Notes: generated by a model from the letters alone, not told the origin. Shown: positions 1 to 30,433, numbered from the stretch's first letter. The stretch: 64,000 bases of DNA from Chrysomallon squamiferum (GCA_012295275.1 CM022673.1:26164001-26228000); one strand, 5' to 3'. A program made the numbers and translations.

Positions 1-669
1 ATTAAAAAGTTTTATGCTGGTAAACAAGCGGCTAAAGGGATTCAGTGAGACAACCCTCCCGTAAAAACTGCTGGATCTGCCCTTAGAATACCACGAAGGA
101 AAAATCACTCGATAAATGGTAATATTCATGATAAAAGATTATTATTATTTAATACATTTTTGAATAAATTTTAATGTTGTTATTATTATTTTATTATTAT
201 TATTATTATTATTATTTTATTTTATTTATTTATTTATTTATTTATTTATTATTATTTTTTTATGAAATCACTTAACTGATTACATACTAATATTCCGTAT
301 TAGATGTTTATTTTAGAAAATAAAATCGAGCGGGTTTTTTTGTTTGTATTTGTACATTTACGTTAGAAACGACATCAGTTCTGAGAGGAACAATGATATC
401 AAACACAAAACGCGAGTCCGCGGCATATTGATTAATGATAATCGCTCTATTGTCAGTAGTTTTTCTGCTCACAGATAATAATCATACTCTGTGTTTTGTA
501 CAAGATAATTAGTTTCTGTCTGTGTCTTCCGTCTTAATAATAATACTTGTATGACAGTACCAAAACAAAAATTATACAGATAACCTTTCGCTAAAATGTT
601 GTTGTTTTTTTGCGTATGTCTGTTATTTCTATAAAATTATTCTGGTTTGAGTTGGATAACTAATCTCGA

Positions 670-830
670 GGTATGGCTGGTCGTAGGATCTATTCTTTGC
701 CATGCTCCTAACAAGCTATTTCCCTGTCTTGCCATCGATCTAAATACAACGTATTTAGGATGGCGATATTAAAGATCTTGCTTCTACCCCAAGGAATAAA
801 ATTGTTTGGAATGAGTTTCTTTGTGGGCTT
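670..830 (+). mobile_element. Highly degenerate SINE-like remnant
   Basis: Blocks GTCGTAGGATC...GCTATTTCCC...GGATGG..ATATTAAAGATCTTGCT appear to be the same family as 40139-40340 in the opposite orientation. Identification is from recall. Confidence 0.25.
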
Positions 831-1362
831 AATACAAATAAAACAAAACCACCTCCTTGTTATAAAGATATCAATACCAGCAGATACAAAGCACTGAAGA
901 ATTAATAAAAGATAATCTGACGAAAAAACCCCAACAAATTTCTTATCATTTATATATTCTTCTGTTCTTCACATAAATAAACAAAACAAATAAATAAAAA
1001 ATGTAAAAATATAAAGTAAGAAAGAAGAAAACAAAAAGAAGAGAAAAATGTGGATGACGAAAATAGAGAATTTTTTAACGCTAGAAGGAACATATATATA
1101 TATAGTGTGTGTGTGTGTGTGTATTTTTTTTCACTAGAAATACAGATTAAACCAGACGTCGCCAGAAATGAGATCGATTTGTAAAGATAGCAGATGTTCT
1201 ATAATTAGAAAATATTACAGCATTGACAGAATGTGTTGTGCTGTTTTTGTTTTCATTATTAGCATATATATTTATCTCATGCTTCACTGATTATGATATT
1301 TCTCTTTGTAAATTATCTGATATTTCATATTTAATGCACGCCAGTCATAAACCCATATTGTG

Positions 1363-1482
<120 letters not shown>

Positions 1483-1784
1483 TGATATTTCAGTAATCCA
1501 TTTATTATTATTTTTCATTTCAGCATGAAATTATTTTGAACTGATTATTAGTAATTTAATTTTACGAAACCGTTTGTTGAAATGATTGTGTATATAAATT
1601 CTTAATGATTTATATTTATCATATCGCACTCAGAAAGTCGAAAACTACTGCCACAATATATGTATGTATTGCTAAAATGATTACGTGCTGATTACGAAAT
1701 CAATAATAAGCGCCTCTATCATATTTTATTTGTAAGAAATAGAACATAAAGATTTCAGTTTGACTTTCTTTCCACCTACTGAGA

Positions 1785-2318
1785 ACTGACGTCAGTGAAG
1801 GTCACTGACACATCTTGGGACACCTGATCCTGGTAAAAAAAAAAGTTCCTCTTCAAATACTGACGTATTTTATATTATTGCCTGAAATATGCCCTTGTTT
1901 AACACCATACCGAATTTTACTGTTTCATTTATAACATTTTTATGATTCTCTCTGAATGTTGTAGCGCATTCAAAATATACACACACATCTATTTATCTAT
2001 CTATATATGTATAATGAATTAAGTTCACTGCACCGTCCTTCGAGTTTTAAGTTACAATAAATAATTCTGAATTTTGCTTAAGCATCGCGGTAATTATTTA
2101 TTTTAGATATTTTTATTTTTACCTTAAATAATATTATGAGAAAAAATTCAGATTTTTCGACCAATCACATCAGATGTGACATTCAGTCCGGCTATTCGGA
2201 TGTCTAATGGTCATGGAACATAACAGACGGATAAAGCAACTTCACGCTTTGTGAATACGAACAAAAAACGTACCCTGAAACTGAAAAGGCGGGATCGTTG
2301 AGTTAGAGTAATCCTAAT
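1785..2318 (+). promoter_or_regulatory. Probable promoter and first non-coding exon region of the adenylyl cyclase
   Basis: Locally CpG-richer tract with TGACGTCA at 1787-1794, half-CRE TGACG at 1861, CCAAT at 2161, palindrome TCACATC-A-GATGTGA at 2165-2179 and a donor-like GTATGT at 2319. The transcription start cannot be seen directly. Confidence 0.4.
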
Positions 2319-2479
2319 GTATGTATATCTTGTATCTGTGGTCTAATAAATACTGTCTTTTATTTAAATTATTCCTGTGCTTAATTATTTTTAGGTGACA
2401 GCTGCTGTGCTGTGTTGTGTTGGTAATATTAGTTAATCATTTTATGAACGTGTTTTCATTTTGTATTAAAAACTAAAAA

Positions 2480-2510
<31 letters not shown>

Positions 2511-3105
2511 AAACAACTAACTAACTAATTAAATAAATAAATAAATACAAATAAATAAAATAACTAAAAATAAAACAACAAATATAAAGTAAATAAAAAT
2601 AAATAAATACAATAATAATAGAAAAAAAATATATTTTTTAAAAAATTACTACAAAAGTAGTGACATTTGTATAAAGCAGATGAAAAAAACATTAAAGTAG
2701 TGATATGTACAGATAATCTTCTTTTGCTTTAGAAGCTAATAGCATCAAGATATTTCTTTAAACTTAAAAGGGTGAAGCAGTATGTTTGAACTAATTTGAA
2801 TACAGTATATAGGAAGATGTATATATATACATTACATTCTTGCCAAACAACAAACAATTTGCAAATTGAAAAATATATTTCTTTCTTTAATTATTATATA
2901 TATTTTGTTGTTGTTGTTGTTTTTAACTGAAATATTCACTTAATTATTATTTCATTATTATTTTTGTAACCTTAATTTTTGGTGCTTGCATTTGTCTTAA
3001 CCTCGGGTCGTCTTGCTTAAATTTTCATTTAGTTCAGACAGAGCTCACAAATAGTACATAGACAGATATTAATGAAAAACAAAAACAGAAAAAAGATTAT
3101 TTTAA

Positions 3106-3108
<3 letters not shown>

Positions 3109-3170
<62 letters not shown>
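3109..3170. repeat. (AT)n microsatellite
   Basis: Direct reading. Confidence 0.95.
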
Positions 3171-3173
<3 letters not shown>

Positions 3174-5736
3174 AGGAACATTTATTTAAACATCTTCCCA
3201 AATATTAGTATTGCTGAACATCCTGAAAATACATATATATTCCTGAATGCCAGCACTACATTTAATTTTATTAAAACAACAAAACAAAAAGCTTTAAAAA
3301 CTGTTTCATTTATAGTAAGTGAAGGTCTTTCTTACTGGACAGTCACCAATATTTAAAATTATTATTTAATTATCAAAATAAAACTTGTTTCAGTTGGTCA
3401 GTTTGCAGTTTTAAAGATTTTTCAGTCAAGCAGTTCCTTATATTTGATTTGATTTTAAATGTATACTCTACAAAAAAACAACAAAAACCACCCACAAAAA
3501 AACAAATGTATATATTTCAAGCTATATTGATCTAATTATCAATATTTTAAGAATAATGTGCAGAGAAATTAAACATGATCACTAATCCATTTTTTCATGA
3601 TACTGGTTGTCTCTTAATTTAGAAATTCATAAATTGAGATGTCATTTTAATTATTTATAAATCTGATATGTTAAAGAAAACTTGGTAAATTGGATTTCGA
3701 TATTTAATAATAAATGAATTCTGTAGTATTAATATAGTGTGTATGGTTACAGTGAAGAATTAATTTTTAAATTAAAGCAATACATTATGACTGAAAATAT
3801 CAAAAGCTTAAAATAAATTAATACAATTCTCTTGCTACAGTGTATTTTCAGTGATAATAAAATCCCATTATTGTTTAATATGAACATTTGTATATTTAAT
3901 TAATAATTTATTAAAACTGGTAGATTTAGAGATTTTATAAATACTGAGTATATTAATTATTTGAAATAACTGCCTGCATAGTCTTTAGTAATATAATGCA
4001 GATAAGGTCACAACCGTAGTATTTGTAAATATTTTAAATAATGGTTTTTTTGTTGATGTTTTTCCATTTTTAAATGACTCTTAAAAATATTTTAATATTT
4101 TCTTCAATTTTTTATGAATGATTAGTATGTTAAGAATGATTAGTATGGTATTTGTGTTTGTTTTGCTTTTTGCTTTTTCTTTTTTTCTTATTTTCTGTTT
4201 AATTAGTATTACTTAGGTTGTGATATAATTCCAACCAGGTTCTTATATGTATAAAATAACTATCTCCAAGACAGAAAACTTATGGTTTATAATTAACTAT
4301 ATTTTTTCTGTTTATTTGTTAATTAAATAGGTTATTCTATGTTATCAGTGAACAAGTTTGCATCTGACAAATGAGATTTGTACTAGTCATAGTTAGTCTC
4401 ATTATATCTTGGTCATAAAGACAATAAAACAGAAAGTGGCAGTCTGAAAAACCTGAGGTATTTTTTTCTCTTTGTTAATTTGATTCCTAAATATCAGAAA
4501 GAGCCAGGTCAGTATCTACTCTTATAAAATATTGCAACACAATGTTTCTTTAATAAAGCTTTTAAATTAATAATATTAATACTAGTGTCTAGTTCACATT
4601 CAGATTATATATAGATTTCTAAAAGAAAAACCTATTAAATAATATAAATGATATATATAAGTAATATATACTATATATATATAACCAAAAAAAAAAAAAA
4701 AAATAATAATAACACCTAATTCTAACTCCCCAAATCCCCTCCCAAAAAACAGCACATACTATAAGATAATGCTAGCTATATTTTAGTCACCTGTAATTTT
4801 GTATATATGATGCTTTTCAGTTTTTTCTAATGTTTATCACCCTTGCTAAACGTCTGAAAAAAACAGTTTCATTGTTTCAGAGATAATTATTTGTTTCTGA
4901 GATATGTTTGATGATAAAGGGTGACACAATTTGACGTAAATTATCGAGATTGCCAGTTTTTCTTTATTATGAAAGAACAATCCACACACAGAAACAAATT
5001 CAGCTAGATAAATTGTTCATTCTTTTTTCATAACGTAGAACAAACTAATAAAACATGAAATAACACTTTTCTGATATTTATCATTATTTCCAGAAAATTG
5101 AACTGAGAAATCAAATATCAGAAACTACTTTTTCTATTAATTTTGAATGTCAGTAGTAATTACGACTGTTTATTTTATTCATGAAATGAAAAAGGATTTT
5201 GTCTTGCTAATGTTTATCAAAAAAAAAAATAACAGGAATTAAAATATCAATAAAAGCACACTCTGAAATGAAAGTGGTGAAGGTTTGTCAATTAAGACTG
5301 GAATATTATAGATTAATTTCACAAAATGAATTCCTAGCCTTTTACAGATTGATTTATAATTGACATCTAAAATGCTTCTTCACAGTGCAACTTGTTTATA
5401 AATAATTTATCTCCTTCATTCATAAAAAATGTGGTAAGGATTTGTCATATTGTTAAACATTAAAAAGAATTTTCTACAAACACACCCCTTCTTTTTTCTC
5501 TTTATGTTGAGGTTTAGTGGTGTTATTATCAAACTAGCATAAACTACACTTAAATGTTTAATGTCTTTGTGAGATTAGGTGCTCTTAATAAAACAAAATA
5601 AAATGTATTTAAAGAAAATCAAACCACTAACTAGTGTAAAATACTTCGGTAAACCTGAGCTTTGATCTGTTTTTAGATCAATTTGGGAAGATCTGTTTAA
5701 AGATATTCTGTTAATTGCATTACATAACTCTCTCTC

Positions 5737-5778
<42 letters not shown>

Positions 5779-5968
5779 TAAAATTGGGACATTAACAAAG
5801 CCATAAAAATAGTTTTGAGGTCAATGATTAGAATATTTTTTGCAGTTCATAGTTTAGTTTTAGCAGAAAAACAGTAAACCAAACTTGGTCTTTACCACTA
5901 AAGGTATATTTGATTTATTAATAATTACCAGCTGGGCATTACAAAGGATTTCCTATTGTTTGTTTCAG

Positions 5969-6184
5969 GAGCTGGAAAATTGATTTGTGAAGCCGTGATC
6001 ATGGTAGCACTATCTGATTTCACAGCTTGATGTTCTGACAACCATTCACTTGTTACGCTGGTTCATACTTCTGCAGTTCATTATTAAAAATCTCTCTCTC
6101 TCTTGTGTTTGGATTTACAAGTCTTACTTATGATTGTGATGTTGTGTTGGTATCTGTTCCTATGGAGGGAATTGGATCTCCAAA
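5969..6184 (+). other. 5'UTR portion of the first coding exon of the adenylyl cyclase
   Basis: A strong acceptor (ttgtttgtttcag|GAG at 5968/5969) precedes the ATG at 6185, implying an upstream non-coding exon. Confidence 0.6.
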
Positions 6185-21144
<14,960 letters not shown>

Positions 21145-24098
21145 CTAATGACAGAACCAAAATAACATTCCGAAGTAATGTCACTAATGAAAGTGAAAAA
21201 ATAGAGAATATGTATACCAGTATATTATGAGCTAAAATGTGCCATGTACCTTTTATACTTGAAGTGCCAGCTGTTCAGGTAGGTTAACAAATCCCATCTT
21301 TTTATACATATATATATATATGTGCACACACATACACACACACACATATATATATATATAGTGAATCCTGTAATGCTGAATGGAAAAAAGGAAAACAAAT
21401 CACAACACATTCTTGTACAGTATTGTTTTGTTTTTTAAAAGCTATTGTGATTGCTCATAATGACAGGTTGATAACTAAATTTTTAATGTTTGTTTAAATT
21501 TTAATTGAATTATTTTAGTTATTAAATAGTTAAGAAAAAAATTCAAGTGAAGCCAATTTTGATTGTGAAGAGTTTAAATTAACCATGATCTGACGGATTT
21601 TTATTTAAATTATGTTTTATATTTTATACTTATTTTTAATGGAATAAAAACAGGATTATTATTTGCCAATGGGACACATTTTCGATACATGGCAAATAAT
21701 CAAAAAATAAAAGGTACTAATGAATAATAATAATACAAAATACATATAACAACACAGCTTATTTTTGATGTCTAATACTTCCATTTAACAGATAATTTGC
21801 AAAATAAAAACTTAGGATAAAAAATAAATAAATAAAATACAATAAAAATAAATAACCTCCTTTCAAAACCTCCTGCAATCAAAATTCTGTCAGCAAATTT
21901 TTATTTTCTAATAAATGTTGTTGTTTTCCTTAAATTTATAATGTTAGATTACCTATTACCATGACATTTAAATTTATGTACCAAGAAATATATTTATTAT
22001 TAATATCAAATATTCTCATTTTTGTAAAATTCTAGCATTTGAATAACGTGAATGTTATTTAATGAAGATATTTTGCTGCATTATTTTTTCATTCAGTGAA
22101 CTTTGCAAATAGTGCAGTTAAATTTAAGACTGTAAAAAGAAATATTAATAATAGTTATTATTGTTGTTGTTATTATTATTATTATTGAAATAAAATGAAA
22201 ACAACAGATTAAAAAATAATAAAAATTAGGACATCTTTAAGTTTGAATGATATCCCATAAATACTTTTTGTCATTGCATTTATGATTTTGCCATACACTG
22301 AATCACTGTTGTTGTGATGCAGATTGCCATTTGAGTGCTTTACATTGTTATATTGTTGACTCTTTGATGTTAGCAGAATTAATTTATTATATGTTGATAC
22401 TGTTTTGTATTTATTTATAAAACTGATTTATATATATACATAAAATTATATATATACATTTCTTTTTTTTTTGTGTGTATCCTAAATCGTTGCCTATAGA
22501 TTTAGTATAAACATTCCATTTAAAGAAATCCGGCCATATATTTTTCTTCAAACTGTATTTATAATGATGGTATATAATAAGCTTTATCTTGGTTGTGAAA
22601 ATGTTTTTTCAAATGCATTAATTGCCTCATTGTTTACTTTTAATAGATACTCTTCAGTATTTTTATGGTCTATAAATAAGTAAAAGAGAATATTTGAAAA
22701 CAGAAATTACTGTTTGTCTAAAGAAGAGACAGATAATTATCCGTCCATTGCATTAAGTAAAAAGATTTAAAAAAATATAGATTTCACATTTTGATATAAA
22801 TAGAAAAACATTATCAGTTTAAAAACTGTTATACTAAAAATTACAAAGTTTTTTTTTTTTTTTTACTTGATTGTTTTGTTCAGTTACATTTCACTAACAT
22901 GTTTCAGCTATGTTAAATAACAGGATTATATATTGTATTTGTGCTAGATGTCTGTCATAAATTTCTTAATTGTTGTTGGACTCGTTAACATGTACATTTT
23001 ATGAAAGGTCATACAGAATTCCAACTACTTACTACATTCATAAAGTTGATATTTAGCATTTCAGATAATCCTTTAAAAAAAAAAGAAGAAAAAAATGCCA
23101 TTCAGGTCACAACTGTTCTTATGGAATATTTAAAGCAAATCTATATGTAATAACAAGTTACCTCTGTGCTATCTGTCATCTCCTATGATCTCTTCATCTT
23201 GCCAGTCTGTGCCTGTGATATTTAGCATTTCAGATAATCTCTTTATCATTTTACAGTAAAAACATACCATTAGTTATTTTTTTCTTTTTTTCATTTTGTT
23301 TTGGAATAAGAAATAAAGAAATTATATTATTTAATTTTTAATTTTTTTTGAAATTTTTATTTATTTGTTTTACGTTTGTGGATGCTGAAGTGAAAATATC
23401 TTTCACTTTGCTTTTTGTCAAGGGCCATAAGATTTATGCATTCAAAGAAATCTGCTTATCAATTTACATTTCACTTTTTTATTTTTTTTTATTTTTATTT
23501 AGATAATAAATACATAAGCTAAAATAAATTTTAAAGTAACTTTAAACATAAAGAATTTTTTTTTTTTTTTTAAATGTTTTTCAATTTGGTCATTTTTAAT
23601 TATGATAATAGTGTAATCAGGTTTATATGTCACCAAGTCAAACTACAGAATATAGCGTGGACCCATTTCATATTACAGATTTAACAGGTTTTTGCATTTT
23701 TAAACAATTATTTTTAACAGTTGATGTCATTTGAATTTTAAGAAGTTTTCAATTTCACTTACCATTTTATAAAATTGGATGCATAAATATTTTTACCTGT
23801 ACTGGGTTCTTTAATAATGTATAAGGAATGATTCTAAATTTCTGAAGTGCAGTTGTATTATGTTATGTTGCATTGTTTCGTGTTTTTTTTTTTTTTTTTT
23901 TTTTTTTTACAGTTGATCTCACAGTGCAAGTTTGTCACTTGCTAAATGTGATAATTGTTTTTATGCCTTTTTCTGTTTCTTTTAAATGTTCAGGAATTTG
24001 ACTCCAACACAATCATACAAAATCAGTTCCTGAAGATGTATATTTGTTATATCTATTATACATTGTGAAGTTGTATCTTTGAAATTAAAACTTCTGCA

Positions 24099-24104
24099 AA
24101 TAAA
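24099..24104 (+). terminator. Candidate polyadenylation signal of the adenylyl cyclase (3'UTR ~3 kb)
   Basis: AATAAA followed by a T/GT-rich tract, just before the + strand switches from T-rich to A-rich. AATAAA is common in such AT-rich DNA, so this is tentative. Confidence 0.35.
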
Positions 24105-25269
24105 GTGTTAAAATATTCTGTTTTCATTATTAATTTTTTATTTTTTTTAATTCAAATTTAGAAGTGTACACTGTGTTTCCATAATATTTTCAAATTATTA
24201 AATTATTATTCTCCTTTTCTGTACAAAAAATGTCAGCCTCTATACTTCCTTCTAAGCTGGTGACTGACATACTTGATTTAAAAAAAACAAAAAAAAAAAC
24301 AATAATTATTACTCACAATAACATTAAAAATACATGGTTATCTGTTAAAGGTAAAGTATTCTAACAAGACAATAGTTATATATTAAAAGTTTATTAAAGT
24401 TACGGGTACAAGTAGTAATACAAAGGCGACTAGTAATCTGCTAATTCAATTCTTTAAATACAGACTTGTGTTTTAGTCTTTACTACTCTCTGGTCGACAA
24501 GTAATTTGAAAACCAGAAAAAGAGTGACAAATAATTTGAAAAATACATATTTCGAACAGGAGCAACAAATAGTCTACAAATCTATAAACTAATTCTGGGT
24601 ATAAAAAAAATTAAATTAACTATTAATGTGTTAAAATGCATTCTGCAGCTCACACACAAAAATGCAATTACAAAATGTCCTCAAATCCGTGACTACAACA
24701 ATCAATAACAGAAAAAAAAGATATGACAAGAAATGAAACATAACGTAAGTATTTGTGACAATAAAACTAATCGAAGAGATTTTTTAATTTATTTATGAAT
24801 CTGTGAGAAAAATCAATCACAAACTAATTATCAAATAAATAATTTACCATTATTTTCATAAAATGTTATCGAGGTTAATATTGCACACTAAAATCATTTT
24901 AATTATTATGATTTTAATTAGTATAATTAATAAAATAACTGGCGTGATATTCAAAACAATACACAGTGTTTTAATTTACAAAAATATGCATTAATAGAAA
25001 TAAGCTAAAATATGTATTTTGAATTTATTAAATTCAATTATTTTTTTAATTTTTGCATAAATTTACTAAAAATTATCATGATTAGCAGCCTGAAGTTTTG
25101 AAGTTTTTAGGATACATTCATGTAATTTTTTTGGTATATAAACTAGTATACTTGTTTAACATGAACAGAATATACATGTATAACTGTACATAAAAAGAAA
25201 CAAAAACAAAACAAATACAAAACACAAACAAACCACACACAACATACCATACAGAGAAGAATAAAATGA

Positions 25270-25302
<33 letters not shown>

Positions 25303-28094
25303 GCTTATTTATGCAAAGCTTAAATAGAAGCATATACACAATAAAAAATAATAAATTATTAGAAGGAAAAAAAAAAGAAATACCTGATTATTCAGATTAT
25401 ATATAAAATTTATACTGAAGAATACAGAGAAATAAAAAAAAAAAAAAAAGAAGAAAAATACATGAAAACTCGTAGATTATATAAAAAGAAAAACAACAGT
25501 ACATAATTATTACATACAAAGCATGAAGCAAACAAAAAGCTGTACAATGTGGAGAGGCTATCTCAGTGCTGGTCAACAAAAGCTGCAGCTGCACAACCAG
25601 AATCATTGGTCAGTACCAATCAGTCATCTTGAATCAACACATTCAAAATTATTTCTATCAAAAAACACAGTCAACAAAATTATTACATAAACATCCTTTC
25701 AAATAAGCTTACAAATAAATCACAAATATATTAATAATTTCTTGAAACATTTTTTTTTTTTTTTTTTTAAATCAATAATTTCATAACAAAAGAAAATAAT
25801 TAAAAAATGAATTTAAAAAAGCCCTGGAAATCAATCTATAGGAACTGCAAACCAATTTTACGAAATTTTTTCAAAAGTACATTGTGTCCTGATTCAACTT
25901 TAAGAAAAAAGAAAGCATGAAAGTTAACTAAGTAAGTTTAATCCAACGCAAATGTATCTTCTAAATCACTACAGAACAGACAAATCACAAAAATACAAAG
26001 ATGTGTGTATATATATATATATATGTAAAAAATAATATAATCACTTAACACAACACAGCAGAATCGAATAAGTAAATATATAACGTGTCATAAAGCCATA
26101 CAAAGAATATAAACCCAGTATATACAAACAAAGGTGTTACATTAAAAGATAGATAAATCTATTTATAATGATGTACTCTCATTCTGAGAAAACACTGCAT
26201 ATCTACAGATACACTCACTCTATAGTATAAGTATTAAAAAAATAAAACTGCTTTGTTAAATGATGTACAAGCATCAAAATGGCTTTATAAATGCCTCTAT
26301 GTGTATTAAGTTCATGATATTTAGAGAAAAAGCCTGTACTTTTATAAGATATTAAAGGTTAAATAAATAAATAAATACTGATATATATATGCAAACTGAG
26401 AAGTATTGTTAAGTTCACACACAATAATATACATTGACACGCTTATATTTAGTGATATTAAAGATGAAATATATATACTAACTTAGCAAAATGTTTTTTG
26501 TTTTGTTTTCTTGTATGAATGATACACACAGACACAAATCAAATAATACAAAAATGTGATGATAAAAAACATGCAAGTCTTCAAACCAAAAAAATATGAC
26601 ACATATGTGATCAACATCTCATTCACACAAATGTTTATAAAACCTGCACAATGACTGGTAGGAGGTAAACCCTCGTATGCTTTGAAAGAACGTAAAGGTT
26701 TAATTAAAATACCTGTTTATAATTACCCTTTTTTTTTATAAAATTAAAGCATAGAAAATTCTTTCCTAAGCTGCCCTGCCCTTAAAGGAAATGTTTTTAT
26801 TTATTCTAAATATTTTAAACCACTGTTACAATTATGACTCGATATATAAGATTAAGAACTGCATGAATAATAAGGGGAAATTTGATGCTGTCGAGCAAAA
26901 AAATGTTTTTCTTTTTTTTAGAAACATTTTTTTATTACCCCTCTAACAAATATGCACAGTTCAAAAGACAATAAAACAGCTACCACAGTGTTTGTCAAAC
27001 CAGGTGGATTGGGAATTAGCCTAAAAGAGCACCAAGGAATTGTGTAATACCTGAGATTAGTGAGTAACTAAGGTGAGATGGCTCATTCAAATCATTACTG
27101 AATTCTCTGTAAATTTTCAAACTTCTGTTTGTATACATCTAGGAATATTTGCTAGAAGTAATGATATGCAATCAACTCAAAACATTTGGCAATTGTGAAA
27201 AAAAAGAATATTTTGATATTTTTAAACTTTATAGTCATTACAAAAATAATTAAAAAAATAAAAATAAAAATTTCATGAATACTAACTATATATGATGACT
27301 GTTTAAGTTTTATGTTAAGCATTCTCTATCATGATGGTGTAATGGGATTCTATTCTCATGGAGTAAAATTAACATATTTCAGTTATTTTACAGGTTTCCT
27401 ATAAAGTCCAGCATCATTTTAAACATTAATTACAAGGAAGTTAAGTGTTCATATAGAAAAAACAATCTTTTACAGATATATTCCCACAGAAATTATCTTT
27501 AACATGTTATTCTTTGACAAAACACAAAATATATCTCCAAAATACATACATCTTCATGCTTTTTCATTGCAACTGACATTTTAAACATTGCAAGACTTTC
27601 TCAATATAACCTAATCCAAATCAGACAAATAAGACAATCAAAAAAGACAACAGAAGATACTGTAATTTCTAGAGAATAAATTCACAACTTAATTTAAATC
27701 ATGATTTTTTACACACACACACACACATGTACACAGAGATAATTATTAAAAAATATCATTTAATATTGCTAACTATGACATCAAATATATGAAGTTAAAT
27801 CCAAATGAATGACATGTATGAATAAAAACATGAAGAATTGACAATGGTGACTCCTGTTTGAACTACTCTCACTGTTTGCAAAGATACTGATGAGCAACTA
27901 AAACATTAAGGCAATAGAAAGCTCCAGTTTAAATGAGTGAAACGTTTGCATAGCTTCAACAATGTAAAAGCTTTTAAATGGCAATGTGCAAGAAGATCAT
28001 ATAGTTAGTAAATGAAATAATAATAAATAGAAGCAATAACAATAATAACAGTAATAATAGTAGTAGTAGTAGCATTAGTAGTAATAGTATCATT

Positions 28095-28099
28095 AGTAA

Positions 28100-28143
<44 letters not shown>

Positions 28144-28145
28144 AT
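28095..28145. repeat. (TAG)n microsatellite in the probable integrin 3'UTR
   Basis: Direct reading. Confidence 0.9.
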
Positions 28146-29067
28146 AACAACAGTAATAGTCATGGTAGTAGTAATAATCATAATAATAAAAACAATTATT
28201 AAAAAATAACCTATGACATTGCAAAAAGAATAAAAAATAAAAAATCATCATATTCTTTAATTGTGTTATATACAAAATTAAATTTAAAAAAAACAACAAT
28301 AATAAAAATTAAATTATAGTCCATGATCTTTCTCCTTCTCTGATCTTTAAATAATGATAACAGACAAATAAAATAAAATGAAAATAAAACTGATATAAAC
28401 ACATTCCAGTGTCTACAGAACGTTACGTAAACTAAAATTCAACAGCTATCAGTAACTGTGTAGATAATGAAAGATTTATTAATTTTCTTTTTTATTTAGT
28501 CTTTGCATTATATACACACACAAACACACACACACACACAGAATCGCAACATTCAGTTTACCAGTTAGCCAGCTGTAGTTAAATATGACTGATATTTACA
28601 TCAAATACACCAAGTTCTTGTATGAGCACTTTATGAATGGAATAAACAGATGCTGCAGTCAAATAATAATAAAAAAACAAATCCATGAATCACGCAAAAA
28701 ATATCTGTCACACTAGTTTTTTTTTACACTTTGTCCTCTGTCTCAAATTTAAATACTGATTTCTTCAGTACAAATAAATTCACTTCAACATAATTACTCT
28801 GGATTTATGCTAAATAAATTATTATCAAACAAGCCCATAACTAAAAAGCCAGTATTTAAACGCGCAATGAAGCAGACCACACTTGTCTTAATTATTAATT
28901 ATGATTTTTTCTCAATCACAGCAATCACAGCTAAAATAAACTCAAAATTTTGACATTTTCTATATCATAATAATCATCAATGGAAGCAGTTTTGGAATGA
29001 TTTAGTGAGTTGACACACACCTAGTTTACACCCACACACACACACTCACTCACACATGCACACATAA

Positions 29068-29113
<46 letters not shown>

Positions 29114-29296
29114 AAAAAAAAAAATGTATTCATACTGCTGTAATTTTTTTTGGAAATTTGTTTCATTAAGGCACATATCACTGATGATGGTTATGGAATA
29201 AAACATACAAAGCTAGTAGCTATCATCAGCTGAGAGTTTGGAGTGTGTCTATGGGGAATGCTATTTCAGACTTGATACACACATAACACAAACAAC

Positions 29297-29580
29297 TCAA
29301 ATTGCAGCATCGTCATCCAGGTCCTTCTTCTTCTCAACTTCAACCTGAAACGTCTGCATCTGCTCTGGCTTCTTCCTCTTGAAGAATCCAAGCTGCAGTA
29401 GTAATAAGAATAATTAATAATAATAATAATACTAATAATAATGATAATGATAATATAACAACAACAATAACAGCAATGATGATAATGATGATAATAATAA
29501 TAATAACAATAATATTAATAATAATAAATAATAATAATAATGATGATGATGATGATAATATAACAACAACAATAATAGCA

Positions 29581-29623
<43 letters not shown>

Positions 29624-30231
29624 TAATGATAATAATAATAAATAATAATAATAATAATAATAAAATAATGGATAATAAAATAATGATGAATATGTTAACA
29701 AACAATATAAGCAATGATGATAATGATGATAATAATAATCATAATAATAATTAGGAAGATATATTAATAATATAATAATAATACTAATGAATAATAAATA
29801 ATAATAATAATAATGATGATAATAATATAACAACAACAATAACAGCAATGATGATAATGATGATAATAATGATCATAATAATCCTTTATGGAAGATAATA
29901 TTAATAATAATAATATAATAAAATAATAATAAATAAATAAAATAATAATGAAAATGACTAAATGAAATAATAATAACTGTAGCAAGAATAATGTCATCAA
30001 AAACAATTACAAAATATGCATGAATATGTTAACAAACATACTTTAATCCTGTATAAATGTATGATATGATATATAATAATAACAGTAATAAGAAATTTTC
30101 TTACCCTCCATAATAACAAGATGAGTCCAACTAAAAGCAAAATGCCAACGAGAACTGCAACTAAAATAATCCACCACTGAATTCCTTTTCCTGGTTGATC
30201 CTTTATGTCAGGCATTGCCCTTGTTAGTGCC

Positions 30232-30274
<43 letters not shown>

Positions 30275-30390
30275 GTAAATAAATAAATAAATAAATAATG
30301 AAGTAAATAAATAAATAAATAAATAAATAAGTAAATAAATAAATAAAAAATAAATAAGTAAATAAGTAAATAATTAATGAGGTAAATAAG

Positions 30391-30433
<43 letters not shown>

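Noticed and set aside
60-86. CTGGATCTGCCCTT resembling the end of a GGATCCGCCC-type transposon TIR
   Set aside because: The partner end would lie outside the window, so it cannot be supported.
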